Source: a virus
Reading direction: 5' to 3' (one strand)
DNA: 64,000 nucleotides
IMG/VR virus record: IMGVR_UViG_3300045996_004119
Span: 1 to 64,000 of that record
Shown: piece by piece, positions 63,508 through 64,000 of the stretch
Numbering within the stretch: the first letter of the stretch is position 1
Layout: every line of letters starts with the position of its first letter
The notes under the pieces: generated by a model
Told to the model about the DNA's origin: nothing
Database searches by the model: none
What the model saw: the letters and a program-made list of their open reading frames with translations, nothing else
Made by a program: the position numbers and the translations under genes

Positions 63508-64000
63508 GTGTCCGCGGAGCCGGTGAAGCCGCGCGAGGCGATCGACTGGTTCGGACGCAAGACCCCGCTCGACAAGAAGGCGTGGGAGCAGCTCAGCGAG
63601 GACGCCCGAAAGCGCGCGTTCACGGCAGCGTGGGTCACCGACGTCAACGTCCTGCAGAGCGTCAAGGACTCGCTCCGGCAAGCCATCGACTCCGGCGAGA
63701 GCTTCGAGAGCTGGAAGAAGCGCGTCCGGACGGAGCTCGGCGCGAAGTGGCGCCGGGACAACGCCTACCTCGAGACCGTCTTCAGGAACAACGTCCAGAG
63801 CGCCTACGCCGCCGGCCGGTACAAGGCGCAGACCACGCCGCTCATCCTGAAGATGCGGCCGTTCTGGCGGCTTGTGGTGCTGCTGGACGACCGGACGTCG
63901 GAGTACTGCGAGCCGCTGGCGAAGCCGCCTGTCGTGCTTCCGGCGGATGACCCGTGGTGGGTCAGCAACTTCCCTCCGAGGCACCACCGCTGCCGCACGA
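63508..64000 (+). CDS. Mu F / SPP1 gp7-like head morphogenesis protein (3' truncated by window)
   Basis: Own translation: EAIDWFGRK...ARKRAFT...LETVFRNNVQSAYAAGR...DDRT...WW..NFPP.HHRCR; absent from the ORF track because no stop falls in the window. Confidence 0.88.
   Translation, partial: MSAEPVKPREAIDWFGRKTPLDKKAWEQLSEDARKRAFTAAWVTDVNVLQSVKDSLRQAIDSGESFESWKKRVRTELGAKWRRDNAYLETVFRNNVQSAYAAGRYKAQTTPLILKMRPFWRLVVLLDDRTSEYCEPLAKPPVVLPADDPWWVSNFPPRHHRCRT

Larger units (their letters stand above)
1..64000. mobile_element. Temperate tailed-phage genome segment, apparently in attP (non-integrated) configuration
   Basis: Repressor/Cro switch, xis-int-att core, RecT, DnaB, TerL, portal and head morphogenesis genes; dense overlapping small ORFs; no host housekeeping operon anywhere. 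Confidence 0.95.

Noticed and set aside
63040-64000. Stop-codon read-through fusing 63040-63447 to the in-frame Mu F gene (TGA-C context)
   Set aside because: Same frame is expected one time in three by chance, an independent GTG start exists at 63508, and there is no other support
1-64000. DGR, retron or group II intron
   Set aside because: No reverse-transcriptase YADD-type ORF and no TR/VR-like repeat pair noticed on reading; a self-alignment would be needed to fully exclude a diverged pair

Overview
The whole 64 kb window is one very GC-rich temperate tailed-phage genome segment. A myxobacterial (Polyangiaceae/Sorangium-like) host is a guess from composition only. Organisation: (1) a leftward early arm (1-20.9 kb) with a MazG-like pyrophosphatase, an IetA-like AAA+ ATPase, a 752-aa C5 cytosine methyltransferase, a DEDD exonuclease, a TrpF-like barrel, a DUF2800 nuclease, RecT and many small genes; (2) a divergent immunity switch at 21-22.5 kb (XRE repressor, ImmA-like protein lacking HExxH, Cro, palindromic operator); (3) a rightward arm with xis-int followed by a 3'-half tRNA-Arg(CCT) att core that has phage genes on both sides, which indicates an unintegrated attP configuration; (4) a modification/replication block (Mom-family GNAT, Tmk, RusA-like, MT-A70, initiator with a 44-bp repeat, DnaB with a class 3 intein); (5) an accessory region with a squalene/phytoene-synthase-like gene; (6) the start of the packaging and head module (TerL, DUF935 portal, Mu F-like protein, truncated by the window end). 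No rRNA, complete tRNA, CRISPR array or reverse transcriptase was seen. All family calls come from reading motifs by eye, not from database searches. Many start codons were re-picked downstream of the ORF-track starts using RBS and 4-bp gene overlaps.
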